DNA of 45,957 nt. It comes from Chara braunii. Taxonomy: Eukaryota > Plantae > Charophyceae. The translations under genes and the position numbers were made by a program. Location of the stretch: the NCBI GenBank assembly GCA_003427395.1, contig BFEA01000004.1, positions 7,100,037-7,145,993 on the forward strand. Direction: 5' to 3'. A model generated the notes under the pieces. The model was not told the DNA's origin, ran no database searches, and saw only the letters and a list, made by a program, of their open reading frames with translations. This document shows, in pieces, positions 1-11,406 of the stretch. How positions within the stretch are numbered: position 1 is the stretch's first letter; each line of letters begins with the position of its first letter.

Positions 1-202
1 CCCCCCCCCCCAGGCCCCCCAAATCCTACATCAAACTTTCAAAGGGGGTGCAGGTGACCATTGACCCAGGGCTGTGACCCCTTTTTTTCTTGGGTGAATA
101 TTTCCCCTGTGCCCCGCACCATGTGGGTCAGCTCGCAACGCCTCGCGTGTTGCAGATGCGCGATTTTTTTCTGCACGGCGTGCAGTTGCATGTATATTTT
201 GA

Positions 203-2233
203 ATGGGGGGATGGTTAATTGGTGCTAATGCTGCCTTGCAGGGGTCCGGGGTTGCTGTGGAAGAGGAGCTGGAGGGAGGCAAGAGCTTGACAAGCACATG
301 TGGCGCAGGACTGGAGATTATGTCTCATTCCATGTCTAACAGTGGGAGTGGTGGGCTGGATGTTCAAGTTCCTCCTGGAACTGGGACTGGTACAAGTTCC
401 GGGAGAGGGACGAGGGCAGGGACAGGGACAGATGGTGAGAATGGGGTTGGACCTGGGTTCGAGCCAGGGTCACTACCAGAAAGCGAGACTGGGCTTGGTA
501 CTCGACTCAACATGGGACCGGGGATAGCGATGGGGAAAGACAGTGAGAGTGGGATTGCGACTGGGGCTTGTGCTATGGTGGACTACCCAGATGGTGGTTC
601 CCTGGATCTCCGGTCTTCCCCCGACAGTGCGGTGGCCGAGCCTGGGGCTGGGTTTGAGATTGAGGCTAGGGTTGAGAGTGCGCCTAGGATTGATACTGGG
701 ACACGAGTTGAGCATACGAGTGGCACGAAGAATGAATTTGGAACCAAGCATAGGACTGGGATTAGGACTGAGAGTAGGACCGGGAACGAACCTGCTGGGG
801 GCGGTATTAGTGTTGGAATGTGTCGTGGAACAGGAACTGGGACTTCCCGTGTCAGTGGCGACGGGGCAGAAAATAGGATGAGGACTGACCATGGCGGTGT
901 ACTGAGGCGGTCTAACAGGAAGATTACTCATTCTGCTATCGTGAGAGAGATTGTTCAAGACCAGTTGCAGTTTGGCTGCCTGCTCAACAAAAGGGACTGT
1001 CCGGGGCTGCCTGAAAGCAGTTTTTGCGAATTGGTGGACGCTGCCCTGGGTACAATCAGGGTCCCCGCCTCCAACCAACCTCACATTCAGAGATTGAAGG
1101 GCCTTGGTAAAGGAGAAAGTAGCCGCCGAAAGACAAAAGCCGATGGAACAGGGTGTGCGGAGAAGAAGATGGAAAGACAAAAGAAAGAGGCAACAAAGGA
1201 AAAGGATTCCCTGAAAGCGAAAGACATGGACATGCCAAACGTGACAAGAGATGGAGCAGGAGCAGCAGGAGCTGTAACATCAGCAGCACCAGCAGCACCA
1301 GCAGCACCAGTAGCACCAGCAGCAGAGCCATGTGCCATGGTTCCCTGTTTTGCTGGACATAGTACGGCCGCTCGCCTGCAGAAAGTTCGGAAGCGTGCTG
1401 GAAAGCTTCGTGCACATTCATTTGCACCCTCCTCGGGAGCTACAGACCCATCGATAACGGATAAATCTCAACCCCTGGCTACGGACTCGCAAGAGAATTC
1501 AGACATGAGGTTATGTGGTGTTGAAAGGTGTCAGCAGCAGCCTGTTGCTGAGCGGTCTGACTTTGGTGTTTCTGATCACCGCACTTGCGATTTGGACGAC
1601 AGGGAAAATGGTTCAGAAATAAAGGAAACTAGAGGAAGCAGAGAGAAACAGTCGATGGAGGGCAGTCCATCGACAGCAGTCGACCTCTTCTCCAATCAAA
1701 CATCGGCAGCAGGAGAACAGCAAGGGAAAACGATACCACCAGAGGGATTGGAAGCTAGAGAAGCGGGAAAAGGGGACTTCAGGGTATCATGTGGTCTGTT
1801 TGAGGAGGGGAAAGAAAACGTCCGTTGGGATTCGAGTGAGGCAAAGGGGAAGGGTGCGTTGGACGCGCAGCCGGTGTTTCGGATAAGAGAAATTTGCAGG
1901 ATGTTTGGGGGAGGAGAAGTTGGAGGGTTGTTTCGAGGAAGGGCCGAGAAGAGGCTCTTCGACGGGTCCTTCAAAGGAGGAGGCAAAGAAAGTGTACGAT
2001 GCGAAGAGGGTACCGATGGCAGGACTGCTAGAGAACACGCGCTTGACGCTGACGATGCATGCCCTCTGAACCATGCGGAGCTGCGTCCGCCCAATGATTT
2101 CTGTCCAATGCAAGGGCATGTCCTCCGGGCTATGGGGACAGACATCATGGCGGATGTGCCGATTGAAATTGGTGGGCTGTGCAGGAGAGTGCCGTCCAGA
2201 GGTCGCGTCATGCGCTCCGTATTGATGTGCTAA
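203..2233 (+). CDS. Long low-complexity G/S/T/E-rich ORF, probably a large internal exon of a host gene (possibly decaying); no recognisable domain
   Basis: 676-aa open frame. Branch-like GCTAAT plus CTTGCAG acceptor ending at 241, and a CAG|GTAAGC donor at 2733/2734. Stops and frame changes between 2233 and 2733. Confidence 0.35.
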   Translation: MGGWLIGANAALQGSGVAVEEELEGGKSLTSTCGAGLEIMSHSMSNSGSGGLDVQVPPGTGTGTSSGRGTRAGTGTDGENGVGPGFEPGSLPESETGLGTRLNMGPGIAMGKDSESGIATGACAMVDYPDGGSLDLRSSPDSAVAEPGAGFEIEARVESAPRIDTGTRVEHTSGTKNEFGTKHRTGIRTESRTGNEPAGGGISVGMCRGTGTGTSRVSGDGAENRMRTDHGGVLRRSNRKITHSAIVREIVQDQLQFGCLLNKRDCPGLPESSFCELVDAALGTIRVPASNQPHIQRLKGLGKGESSRRKTKADGTGCAEKKMERQKKEATKEKDSLKAKDMDMPNVTRDGAGAAGAVTSAAPAAPAAPVAPAAEPCAMVPCFAGHSTAARLQKVRKRAGKLRAHSFAPSSGATDPSITDKSQPLATDSQENSDMRLCGVERCQQQPVAERSDFGVSDHRTCDLDDRENGSEIKETRGSREKQSMEGSPSTAVDLFSNQTSAAGEQQGKTIPPEGLEAREAGKGDFRVSCGLFEEGKENVRWDSSEAKGKGALDAQPVFRIREICRMFGGGEVGGLFRGRAEKRLFDGSFKGGGKESVRCEEGTDGRTAREHALDADDACPLNHAELRPPNDFCPMQGHVLRAMGTDIMADVPIEIGGLCRRVPSRGRVMRSVLMC

Positions 2234-3234
2234 AAACTAACTACCACTTCACCCGAGCAGAGTGCTGCTCTTACTACCGGTTTACGCGAAACCGGTAAGA
2301 GCTTTTTGATTCGGGCCTGGGCCGGTGGCGAAAGCATTTGGCCACTTTGAGAAGGCCCAGTTGCTGGTTCCCGAGCCTTGGAACCGAGCCTTGGAAGGTA
2401 GCTTCGTCAACTTAGTGTTGTGTGAACTGGTGATTTAAAGTCCCCCACTCCACTTTGAATGATCAAGCGGAATCGGAGTTGAGAAGGGGATTGATCTGGG
2501 GATTTGGTCTTTGGCAGCCACGCCGTTTTTCTGTAAAGATGAATGTGGCTGGGTGTGGAGCCAACATGGCAGCTGTGAGTTCGCTAAACATTCTCGGTGA
2601 AAAAAGATTGGTATGCGGAGATTACTACTACGATTGCAGAACAAAGGAGTTCCTGTAATGGTTTTCCTGTAAGCTTTGTGTCCCCGTCACGGCAGTCACA
2701 TGCAGCTGTTTGTCATAGAGACCCTGGCAACAGGTAAGCGCCTTTTTACCAGCAATCGTAAATGGGAAAAAAAGGGGGAACGAAAAGTGGTCTCACCTCT
2801 TGTCATGGTAGCGATGTGAGGACAAGCAGCGATTGCGAAAACATCTCAATTCCACCTACCACAACTCTTGTCATGTACTTATTTCCTCTATAGTCATTGC
2901 TGATTTCGGACAACGGAATCAAAAAGGTGTTGGATTGGGATTGCGGCCAACTTCAAAGGTGCAACAGTGTAGCTGAAAAATAGAACCATATTCTTTTCTC
3001 TCCTGCTCGCTCCCAAGAACCTTGTGACAACGCCTTGTTGAGACGGGAAGCTCATAAAAGCCTCAAGTGAGGTGCACACTTTTACGGCTCGGAAAGTTTA
3101 TGCCGTACACAGTTTAGCGAGGGGAAGATTTGACAGTACGAGTCGAGTCGGGTTTCCCATGACACAGTCTGCTAGAGACTTCATAAGGAGACTTGAAAGC
3201 TTTGTTAGACTTAAAAAGTTGGGAAGGATATGCA

Positions 3235-3450
3235 GGGCGACCTAACCTAACCTGTCAGAGCTTGTCTTGTCAGGAGTGAGTGCAATGGACATGGAAGGGG
3301 GCGTGGAACACACTGAGAAGAGATTGGGAGTCGGGCGACCTAACCTGTGAGAGTTCGTCTTGTCAGGGGCGAGTCCGATGGACATAGCGGAGGGGAGGAG
3401 AGGCGGAGGGGGGGGAGGGGTGGCACTGAAACAAGCTGAGAAGAGAGTGG
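3235..3450. repeat. Diverged ~98-bp tandem duplication
   Basis: GGGCGACCTAACC...GTCTTGTCAGG...ATGGACAT...CTGAGAAGAGA recurs from 3235 and 3333. Confidence 0.7.
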
Positions 3451-4099
3451 GACACACAAATGGTTAAAGAGGGGAAGGCAACGGAGGAGATTTGGGCAGC
3501 AGGAGATAATTGGAGTGGCCAGTAGCTGAAGATAGATACGACTTGGCCCTGTTCCATGGGCCACCCAGAGTATGATCTTATACGGGGCACAAGTTCGTGC
3601 TTGTGGCGCTCGTGGAGGGCTTACGGTTTGTTGAAAAGTGGTTGGGATTAGGGAGCGTTGAGTATGGGGTCTTCCTTCTTCGTTGACCTCAACCAGATTC
3701 ACCGCCTTGGAGTCTTGGTCTCATTGCTTACCTGCTTCCTCCTTTCTTTGTACACCGTCCTTGATCAACCTCGTCATCATCTCTTCGTGCCACTTGTCAT
3801 CATCGTCATGTCAGCCAGCTTCGCTTTCCCTTCTCCCTCCTCTGCCCCCTTGAGTGACAGCCAGCCTTGCTTGTTGTTTACCTGATTCCACCTGTCCTTG
3901 TACACCGTCCTTGCGCGTCCTCGTCTTCTCTCCCTGTTGCTTGCCACCAGCATCAGTATTAGCCATTTTTGGTTCTTCTCCCTCGTGCCCCCTTAAGTTA
4001 CAGCCAGCCCTGCCCTGTTTCTCACCTCCCCCTCCATCCCACTTGTCTGTCGTCGATTTCTCTGTCGTTCACCTTATTATCAGTTGCTTGCTGATTTTA

Positions 4100-4225
4100 C
4101 ATATATATATAAACTCCGACGACACACAGCCCCTCGTTTGTTGTCCTCTTCTCCCTCTCTGCCTTCGGTTTACCGCGAAGATCTGTTTGACGATATTTAT
4201 ATAATATGTATATACTATATATGTA
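4100..4225 (+). mobile_element. (TA)n-flanked mini-element, internally deleted copy of the hammerhead-bearing element at 45215-45371
   Basis: AAACTCCGACGA...ACAGCCCCTCGTTTGTTGTCCTCTTCTC..TCTCTGCCT.CGGTTT.ACCG...CTGTTTG..ACGATAT matches the reverse complement of 45232-45327. TA runs on both sides. Confidence 0.7.
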
Positions 4226-4730
4226 CCCGTATGTATATACACACTTCGCTGTCTAGCTCATCCTCCTTGTTGCTCCTCCTTGATTATGCGCTGCGGCTTC
4301 ACAGGTGTTGTCATGGCTGTTGTCGTCTGCTCCCGTTCTTCCCTCTCTCCTGCCTTTCGGCAGAAAGCGTTTTCAGAACCTTTTTTTTGTCATGCTTGTC
4401 CTTTCCTTTTTTTTTTTCCGTGTTCGCTAGGACCTGGCACACTCCTCCGGACTACTTTTGTGCGGTATTTTCATTGCCCCCCTCCACCATTCCGACCGTC
4501 CTTGTATGGCGTTTTCATTGCCGTCCTCCTAAGCCTTTATGCTTTGTACATGTCTGTATTTATCAAATTCAATCAGAACACTGTATCGCCCTAACGGGAG
4601 ATTCTTGGCATGCTGTCGGGTGCACTGTTTCCGGAATACCTTTGTGATGATCGTCCGGGTCATGTCTCTTGGAAGCTGGGAAAGAGTGCTTGGTGTTTTT
4701 TTGTGCCTAATAGATATAGTTTATACTACT

Positions 4731-4940
4731 TTATAGCACTGCCCTTTGTGCCCTTTTTGAAGTTTTTTCTTTTTACTTTTTTTGCACGATCATATAGCAC
4801 TGCCCGTTGTATTTTGCACAATCACTGTGTGTTTTTTTTTTCCCTTTTTTCTCTTCTTGGATGACTTTATAGCACTGCCCTTTGTATTTGCACAATCACT
4901 GTGTGCTCTTTTTTTCCGCCCACTTTTTGCACGATCTGAC
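4731..4940. repeat. Three degenerate tandem units headed by TATAGCACTGCCC
   Basis: Motif at about 4732, 4793 and 4868; TTGCACAATCACTGTGTG and TTTTGCACGATC each occur twice. Confidence 0.65.
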
Positions 4941-5019
4941 GACCTATTCTCTGTTGTCTAGTGAAGTTGTCTCATTACTGTGAATACCGCCGGGGCGAAA
5001 AAAAACAAACAAACAAGAA

Positions 5020-5115
5020 CGCATGCGTTGACCAACGAGCGTATCTCAGTTGGCAAAAACAAACAAACAAACAAACATGAACTGTTGCACTGCAGACCCA
5101 AGTTTGAATCTTGAT
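5020..5115 (+). mobile_element. Degenerate tRNA-derived SINE-like unit
   Basis: A-box-like TATCTCAGTTGG and B-box-like CAGACCCAAGTTTGAATC; upstream GCGTTGACCAACGAG is shared with the copy at 18822-18925. Confidence 0.5.
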
Positions 5116-5253
5116 GAATGGAATGAAATAATTATGAATTATCTGGGGCTGGTCAGCTCGATGATGATATCTCAGGACCGTCGCCCGTTAAACCACCACT
5201 TCCCCTGACGTCAAGAAATAGGGGGGACTGGTAGGCTGGTAGCACAGGTTTAT

Positions 5254-5773
5254 TAGGGCTACCAGTAGCAAAGTGTGGAGAACCGACGGAGTGGCAAAAA
5301 ATGAAAATGTGTTGAATTGCCTGTGAGATTTATTTCGTGGTTTAAGCGTGTTTTTTTTTGTTTTTTTTTTTTAAATATTTTTCCTGGTCAGATGATGAGC
5401 AAATCTATGGGCCCTCCAATTTTCAGAGTCTCTGACTCGTTCTTCGGAGCGTGAAAAATCGCTGGAAGTTGGAGAACTTTTCCCGTTGGCCCACAAATGG
5501 CAGAGTGGCAAAACTGGAACATGAACCGAATCGGCGTGGCGGTCGTTTCACGGTGATTTTTTTTTATTTTTTATTTTTTTTTTTTCTGATATTTTTCCTC
5601 GAAAGATCACGACCTAATGTACCGATGCTCAGATTTTCAGAATTCTCTGTCAATTCTTCTGAGCGTGAAAAATTGCCAAAGTTGCTGCGTTGAAATTGCG
5701 GGACCAGGCCCGCCATTTCAGCCTCCGCTTGCCACCCTCCCTCAAAACCCGCCCGAGGTCACTGGGAGGGCTA
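5254..5773. mobile_element. Possible degenerate hAT-like MITE
   Basis: Starts TAGGGCTACCAG like the other MITE termini in the window. Right end CTGGGAGGGCTA is only a partial inverted match and no TSD was found. Confidence 0.35.
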
Positions 5774-5818
5774 TTTCCTGGTGGCGGAGGGAGTGGTGGT
5801 TTAAAAAGGAGAAAAGAA

Positions 5819-5924
5819 CTCGGGAGATATCCCGGGCGCCCGGGTCCCGATGCCACGCCCGGTTTAGCGACCGGGTGACCGGCCGGGCATGACCCCCGGG
5901 CATGGGGCCAGGCAGCCCCAGCGC

Positions 5925-5960
<36 letters not shown>

Positions 5961-6339
5961 AACTCCACAAAAAATCTGAAAAAAAATATGTTGTGCAGAA
6001 TTGCAATACAAACAACTTTTGGCTGAGCGTCACATCAGAATTCCTCACGGAACTGAAGATAAAAAAAAAAACAATCACATTAAGGCACCCCCCTTTAAAC
6101 CCCTTTAGCCCCTTTGAAATTCATTTATACTCCCCTTCCCCCCCTTTGACAGCCAACTCTCAAAAAAAGAAAAGGGCAAGGATTTGGGCTCCTCTTGGAG
6201 AGCGCAGAAAAACCCCACCGTCAAATTTTTTATTATTATTATTTTTTTTAATGTTTTTCCCCATGCCCGGGTATCCCGGTCGTCAGACCCACCCGGGCAT
6301 CACGCCCGGGTGACCGGCCGGTCATGGAAATCTTCCTAG
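5819..6339. mobile_element. Non-autonomous hAT-type MITE
   Basis: 8-bp TSD GAAAAGAA (5811-5818 and 6340-6347); imperfect 17-bp TIRs (CTCGGGAGATATCCCGG vs reverse complement CTAGGAAGATTTCCATG); clustered CCCGG subterminal repeats. Confidence 0.75.
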
Positions 6340-6699
6340 GAAAAGAAGAATAAGGAAAAAAGAAGAACGCTTGTGTTGTGCCGCATAGATAGGTAGTGGT
6401 ACTACCCTCTGTGCTCTTTTTTCTTCTTCTTTTCACACAAGTGCCTTGTGCTGTTTTTTCCTTTTTCCAACCGTCTTCACCCAAATACAATGTGTGGTCA
6501 TTATAGCTGTATGTGGGGTTAACTTTCAGCCCAGATAGAGTGATAATGACCAGGTGTTCTATTTTGGTGAAGACGGTACCGATTCTCTGTTGCCTATTGA
6601 ACTTGCGCATTCTGTCTGTCATCCAATCATGTACTGTGAACAGTGTGAAGTTTCCGCACAGCAGGCAGCGTATCTTGTTATTTCATCTCGTATAATTTG

Positions 6700-6765
6700 T
6701 CCATCTGGATTCGAACTCAGGTCTCTAATTCCACAGGTCACGGGTGTACCAACTGAGGTAGTCCA
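6700..6765 (-). pseudogene. tRNA-derived pseudogene or SINE head
   Basis: Reverse complement reads GGACTACCTCAGTTGGTACACCCGTGACCTGTGGAATTAGAGACCTGAGTTCGAATCCAGATGG, with A box and B box; stems do not pair well. Confidence 0.6.
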
Positions 6766-7391
6766 TTTGGTACAGACAGGCAGCCCAGCAGGGGCCAATG
6801 ATCTTCAATGCTCTTCTTTTTTTGTCCTTCGCCTCCAGTGGCCCTCATTTCATTTGGATTGGAAGTTTTCGAAAAGTCCTCTCAACTCCTTTCTACCCTT
6901 GCAGCTCTAGAACCCATATTGCAGTCAATCTGAAAATTTCAGGACATGAGGGGACTGCACCACAATGGCTGCTGGCGCCAACCAAAAAGGAAAAAACAAC
7001 GGTGTTGCTCATGGCTCAGTAAAATTTTGCACACAGTGCGAATCTGCCCCGACGCAAAGTGGCTTGAATACATTGATAATTTAATATTCCATGTCTTTCA
7101 GGGCTTGAAAAAAAAAAAAGAAAAAAAAAAGGCTTGACTTTACCGAAACAACAAAGCTGGCAACACCGACCCGACCAAAATATAGACTCGATCTTTGTCT
7201 ACCGAGGTTTAACAAAAATCGGCGTACACAAAAATCGGCGTACAACAGGAATCAACACTGGTAATAAAGAACGTCGAAAATAAGAGAAGGTTAAGGGTCC
7301 ACTAATATCTAATATTTACGGAGGTACCAAAATTTTGGACACCGTCCGCCCGCTAAGCAAAAGAAAACAGGGGAGGGGAAGGAGGGGTTCA

Positions 7392-8723
7392 AAATTTTCA
7401 GCATCTTCACCACTTCACGGTTTTCCGAATCTTCAGTGTTAATCTACATCTAAAGATTCTAAACTATGACAATTATCAAACATTTTTTTGAAATGGTGAA
7501 GATGATGCCAGAAATCATGAGCAGGGGGAGTGAGGGGTTGGGATGGTCTCTAGCTGCACAAGCCCCTACTACGAGGAGTGACGTGATTGAGTGCATTTCT
7601 GTCTCCAGACGTACACTCCTGATAAGGGACTCGAATCTAAAATTTCTGGCACACCTGACCCTACCGCAAGCAGGGCTGCCCTCAAACAACCCTGATACCC
7701 TCTCCGAAAAACTATCTTCGTCTTGTCTTTGTTCGGTTTCTGCTTACCAGTGAGTGATAAGCAACCAGACTGTCGCCAACTGTAATAGAAGGTGTATATG
7801 TGTTAAAAAAAGAAAAAAAAAGGAAGGCGAGAGAGGGCAAGGGGGAGGCGGTCATAATTTTTAGCATCTTCACCACTTCAGAAATTTCAAAACCTTCACA
7901 GTCAATGTGCATCCGGACACCAAGGGCGGCATGTTCAAAATTTTCGGCATCGTCACCACTTTTGAAGTTTTCCAAATCTTCAACATCAATATGCAAAATG
8001 CTTTTTTTTTTTTTTTTTTTTTTTTTTTNNNNNNNNNNNNNNNNNNNNNNNNNNNNNNNNNNNNNNNNNNNNNNNNNNNNNNNNNNNNNNNNNNNNNNNN
8101 NNNNNNNNNNNNNNNNNNNNNNNNNNNNNNNNNNNNNNNNNNNNNNNNNNNNNNNNNNNNNNNNNNNNNNNNNNNNNNNNNNNNNNNNNNNNNNNNNNNN
8201 NNNNNNNNNNNNNNNNNNNNNNNNNNNNNNNNNNNNNNNNNNNNNNNNNNNNNNNNNNNNNNNNNNNNNNNNNNNNNNNNNNNNNNNNNNNNNNNNNNNN
8301 NNNNNNNNNNNNNNNNNNNNNNNNNNNNNNNNNNNNNNNNNNNNNNNNNNNNNNNNNNNNNNNNNNNNNNNNNNNNNNNNNNNNNNNNNNNNNNNNNNNN
8401 NNNNNNNNNNNNNNNNNNNNNNNNNNNNNNNNNNNNNNNNNNNNNNNNNNNNNNNNNNNNNNNNNNNNNNNNNNNNNNNNNNNNNNNNNNNNNNNNNNNN
8501 NNNNNNNNNNNNNNNNNNNNNNNNNNNNNNNNNNNNNNNNNNNNNNNNNNNNNNNNNNNNNNNNNNNNNNNNNNNNNNNNNNNNNNNNNNNNNNNNNNNN
8601 NNNNNNNNNNNNNNNNNNNNNNNNNNNNNNNNNNNNNNNNNNNNNNNNNNNNNNNNNNNNNNNNNNNNNNNNNNNNNNNNNNNNNNNNNNNNNNNNNNNN
8701 NNNNNNNNNNNNNNNNNNNNNNN

Positions 8724-8758
<35 letters not shown>

Positions 8759-8830
8759 CCATTCCAACACAGATGGGGTATTAAGAGGATTCAAAATCTT
8801 CACCATTTCAGCATCTTTAAAGTCGTTGAA
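7392..8830. repeat. Dispersed repeat motif flanking an assembly gap, likely a non-autonomous DNA element
   Basis: AAAATTTTCAGCATCTTCACCACTT-like motif at about 7392, 7857, 7937 and 8794, with an inverted copy near 7490. Confidence 0.45.
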
Positions 8831-9428
8831 ACCCAATTTCAATAAACTTTATAGTTGCTGAATCATTTCCACTTCAGAATTACTTGCAACGACCTTCTCC
8901 CAACCAAGCCGCCCAGGGACCAAGCATAGGTACGTAGTACGTACTCGTCCTTCCCACGTCATATTCTAAGTACTTTCTGTGCGTCTAAGCGAGTGCCTCT
9001 AAAAAATGCCTAATATTTGATGTCCGTGTTTGGAGTGCCGGCAACACTATTAGGGTTCCCTATTTGTTCAGGATGTTTGTGGGTGCATGTTCCGTAGGTG
9101 ATGAAAGACATTTGTTGGAGTGGCTTCCTGGCTCCGAAGGTGGTGAGAACCAATAGTCCACGGGGTTCTGGTTGTGGTGAGTACGTGATGGATTGCTTTG
9201 GCGCTTGTTGAGTGTGTGGACTGCCTTTTCTGTGCCCCTCTGCTGCCTTAATGCCCACCTGCTTGGCATGTCTTTCCCTGCAGCTTGCTTGTTGACCGTG
9301 TAGTTTAGTTACTTTGTCAGTTTTGCATTGTATGTCAATGCATTGTTGCCCTGGCGCCCGTCTTTCTGCCTCATTTTTCCGTTTACTTCGCTTGTGTGCC
9401 GTGTAGTCTGGCTGCTTTTGTCAGCACT

Positions 9429-9518
9429 GCTTCGCTGTGTTGTTCCCTAGCTGCCCATCTGCTTGCGCTGCATGCAGTTATCTTTTGCGCTTCGCTGTGT
9501 TGTTCCCTAGCTGCCCAT
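9429..9518. repeat. 60-bp-period duplication
   Basis: GCTTCGCTGTGTTGTTCCCTAGCTGCCCAT at 9429 and 9489. Confidence 0.8.
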
Positions 9519-9673
9519 GTTAGCATTGCCTGCCAATGCTTGGTGCTTCCCTTAGTCGTTGCCATGCTCGCTTGATCCGCTGTTGCCTGCTGGCTGTCCA
9601 TTGTTGACAGGGGTTAAAAGAGCTCATGACTCAAAACATCGGTATGCAGATTCTGCAGATTGTTAAGGGTTCA

Positions 9674-9722
9674 GGCTCCTGATGAGTTGCTGCGAGTCCG
9701 ATGAAACAATCTGTCACTATCC
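9674..9722 (+). ncRNA. Type I hammerhead ribozyme-like motif (degenerate)
   Basis: CTGATGA-GTTG(CTGCGAGTC)CGAT-GAAA-C-AATCT-GTC: catalytic core boxes in the right order, short stems II and III, GUC cleavage triplet. Stem I pairs poorly. Confidence 0.55.
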
Positions 9723-9868
9723 GTATTGTTTTTCTGGTACTCCTTTATTTACATTTTTGCCGGTCTTTTAGTATCCGAGATGCGGGGCATTCTCTACTCC
9801 ATTAGTGCAGGTCACTGACTTTCTTCTTATGGGCCACAACTGTGTAACTCCATCGAAAGTAGGCTTCT

Positions 9869-9931
9869 AAGTCAAAGCATCATAAGCTTCGAAGTCAAAA
9901 CACCATAAGCTTCAAAGTCAAAACACCATAA
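9869..9931. repeat. ~23-bp tandem repeat x3
   Basis: AAGTCAAAACACCATAAGCTTC-like units. Confidence 0.75.
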
Positions 9932-11149
9932 ACACCATTTCAATTGTCAACCAAGATCTTCATATCCCTATGAAGGGTATAAATGTCAGACGTCCTTGGG
10001 GGTGTGAGCAATTACTTCCGTGGTGACCCGAACGCCTTGGTGTCCCCAACCTGAAATCAACGGAACCAAAGCACTGATGAGTCGGTGTACAGCAGAACCT
10101 TTGTGAGATTGTATTACAAAACGAGTTTGCGAAAGAAGTGTTTCCTGTGATTTCTTGGACGGAGCAACTCTGCTGATGAGCAACCATGTTTTAACTTTGA
10201 AAACAGGATCCGGAATCATCTGACACGCACAAGACTCATGAGTCTCATCAGTCTCAAGATTCTCACGAGTCTCATGAAGCTCATGAGTCTGCATGATTCT
10301 GAAGCATCTCAGGATGTACAAAAATCACATGAGCCACACAAGTCGGTGGATGGGTCAACCCCTGCAATTCAATTGATTGATCAAGTGGTCGATCTCACTG
10401 AAGACCTGCCAAACGGGGTAAGCCGGCAAGATGATGGTGTAACAATGAGCTCCCAAAGCCCGTCTCCTTCCCAAACACCAACCCTTGGTATAGATTCTGA
10501 GCTCGCAAGTAAGCGGCAAAGATTGAAATCCCGCCTTGCCAAGGGTCAGGGAGATTTATCGCCCAAGAAAGTCGGAATAGTTATTTTACAGGTAAGATTT
10601 CAGGGGGGAACTTGGGAGGTGGGTTTATCTGAACCCCCTGGTGCGGTCTATGAGGAAGTGTCTCTCTTTCCTCCATAACTGGTCGCTTGGCAGGGGTACC
10701 TCTCATCAAGCATGAGGTGACAAAGTTCATCAAGACAAACTACCATCCCGGGGCAATGACGTTCTTATCTGTAACTGAAGGGGTACATAGGCTGGCTGAA
10801 TGAGATGTATATCTTAAATATGAAGTCGGTACAAATACGAACCTCAGGTGGTTCAGTCAGGATTCCTTCTTCTCAAGCTCAAGGCAAACACGTTCTGGTC
10901 AGACACAGACGTTGGCACGCTGCTGGTCAGACTGTTGGGCCTAAAGATCCTGGTGGTTGGTGGCCTATTGGACTCTGGCCCGTGGCAAGACCTTTGACCC
11001 TCCTTTGCACTACAGTGCGCTGTATTTTGGATTGGTATTTAATTGTGATTAAGTGAAATGGAGAACAAAAGATAAAACATGGAAATTACTTAGAAGAAAT
11101 GCAGATTTAGAACTCGGCCAAGTACCAAAAGAAATCAGCTATTTACGAC

Positions 11150-11406
11150 CTAGGCTACCAGAGTGGCCCCGGGTCCACTTGCCCGGCCGGTTTAAAATTT
11201 TTATTTTAAAATTTGGTAAAGAATTTTGATGTGACCCTGAGGCAAAAGTTGTTCAGTTTATTTTTCTGCATAACATAGCTTTTTTTTTCCGGATTTTTTG
11301 GATTTTTTATTTTTTTATGTTTTTTGGCTGGGGCCTTCCCTAGTCCTTGCACGGCCGGGCCGCCCGGGAAAATAGGGTGACCCGGGCGGCCCGGCTGGTA
11401 GCCTAG
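11150..11406. mobile_element. hAT-type MITE inserted in the LINE endonuclease
   Basis: Perfect 12-bp TIR CTAGGCTACCAG/CTGGTAGCCTAG; 8-bp TSD TTTACGAC (11142-11149, 11407-11414). Excision restores the frame KKSAIYDQLKG. Confidence 0.92.

Noticed and set aside
2266-2308. Hairpin TACCGGTTT-ACGCG-AAACCGGTA followed by a T run, resembling an intrinsic terminator
   Set aside because: The DNA is eukaryotic and the hairpin lies in a plausible shifted coding frame; no other support.
6700-6765. Functional tRNA-His gene (GTG in the loop)
   Set aside because: Acceptor and anticodon stems do not pair; it matches the degenerate SINE-like family.
7712-8861. Long ORFs spanning N runs (also 18865-19439 and 31691-32442)
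   Set aside because: Artefacts of assembly gaps and homopolymer runs.
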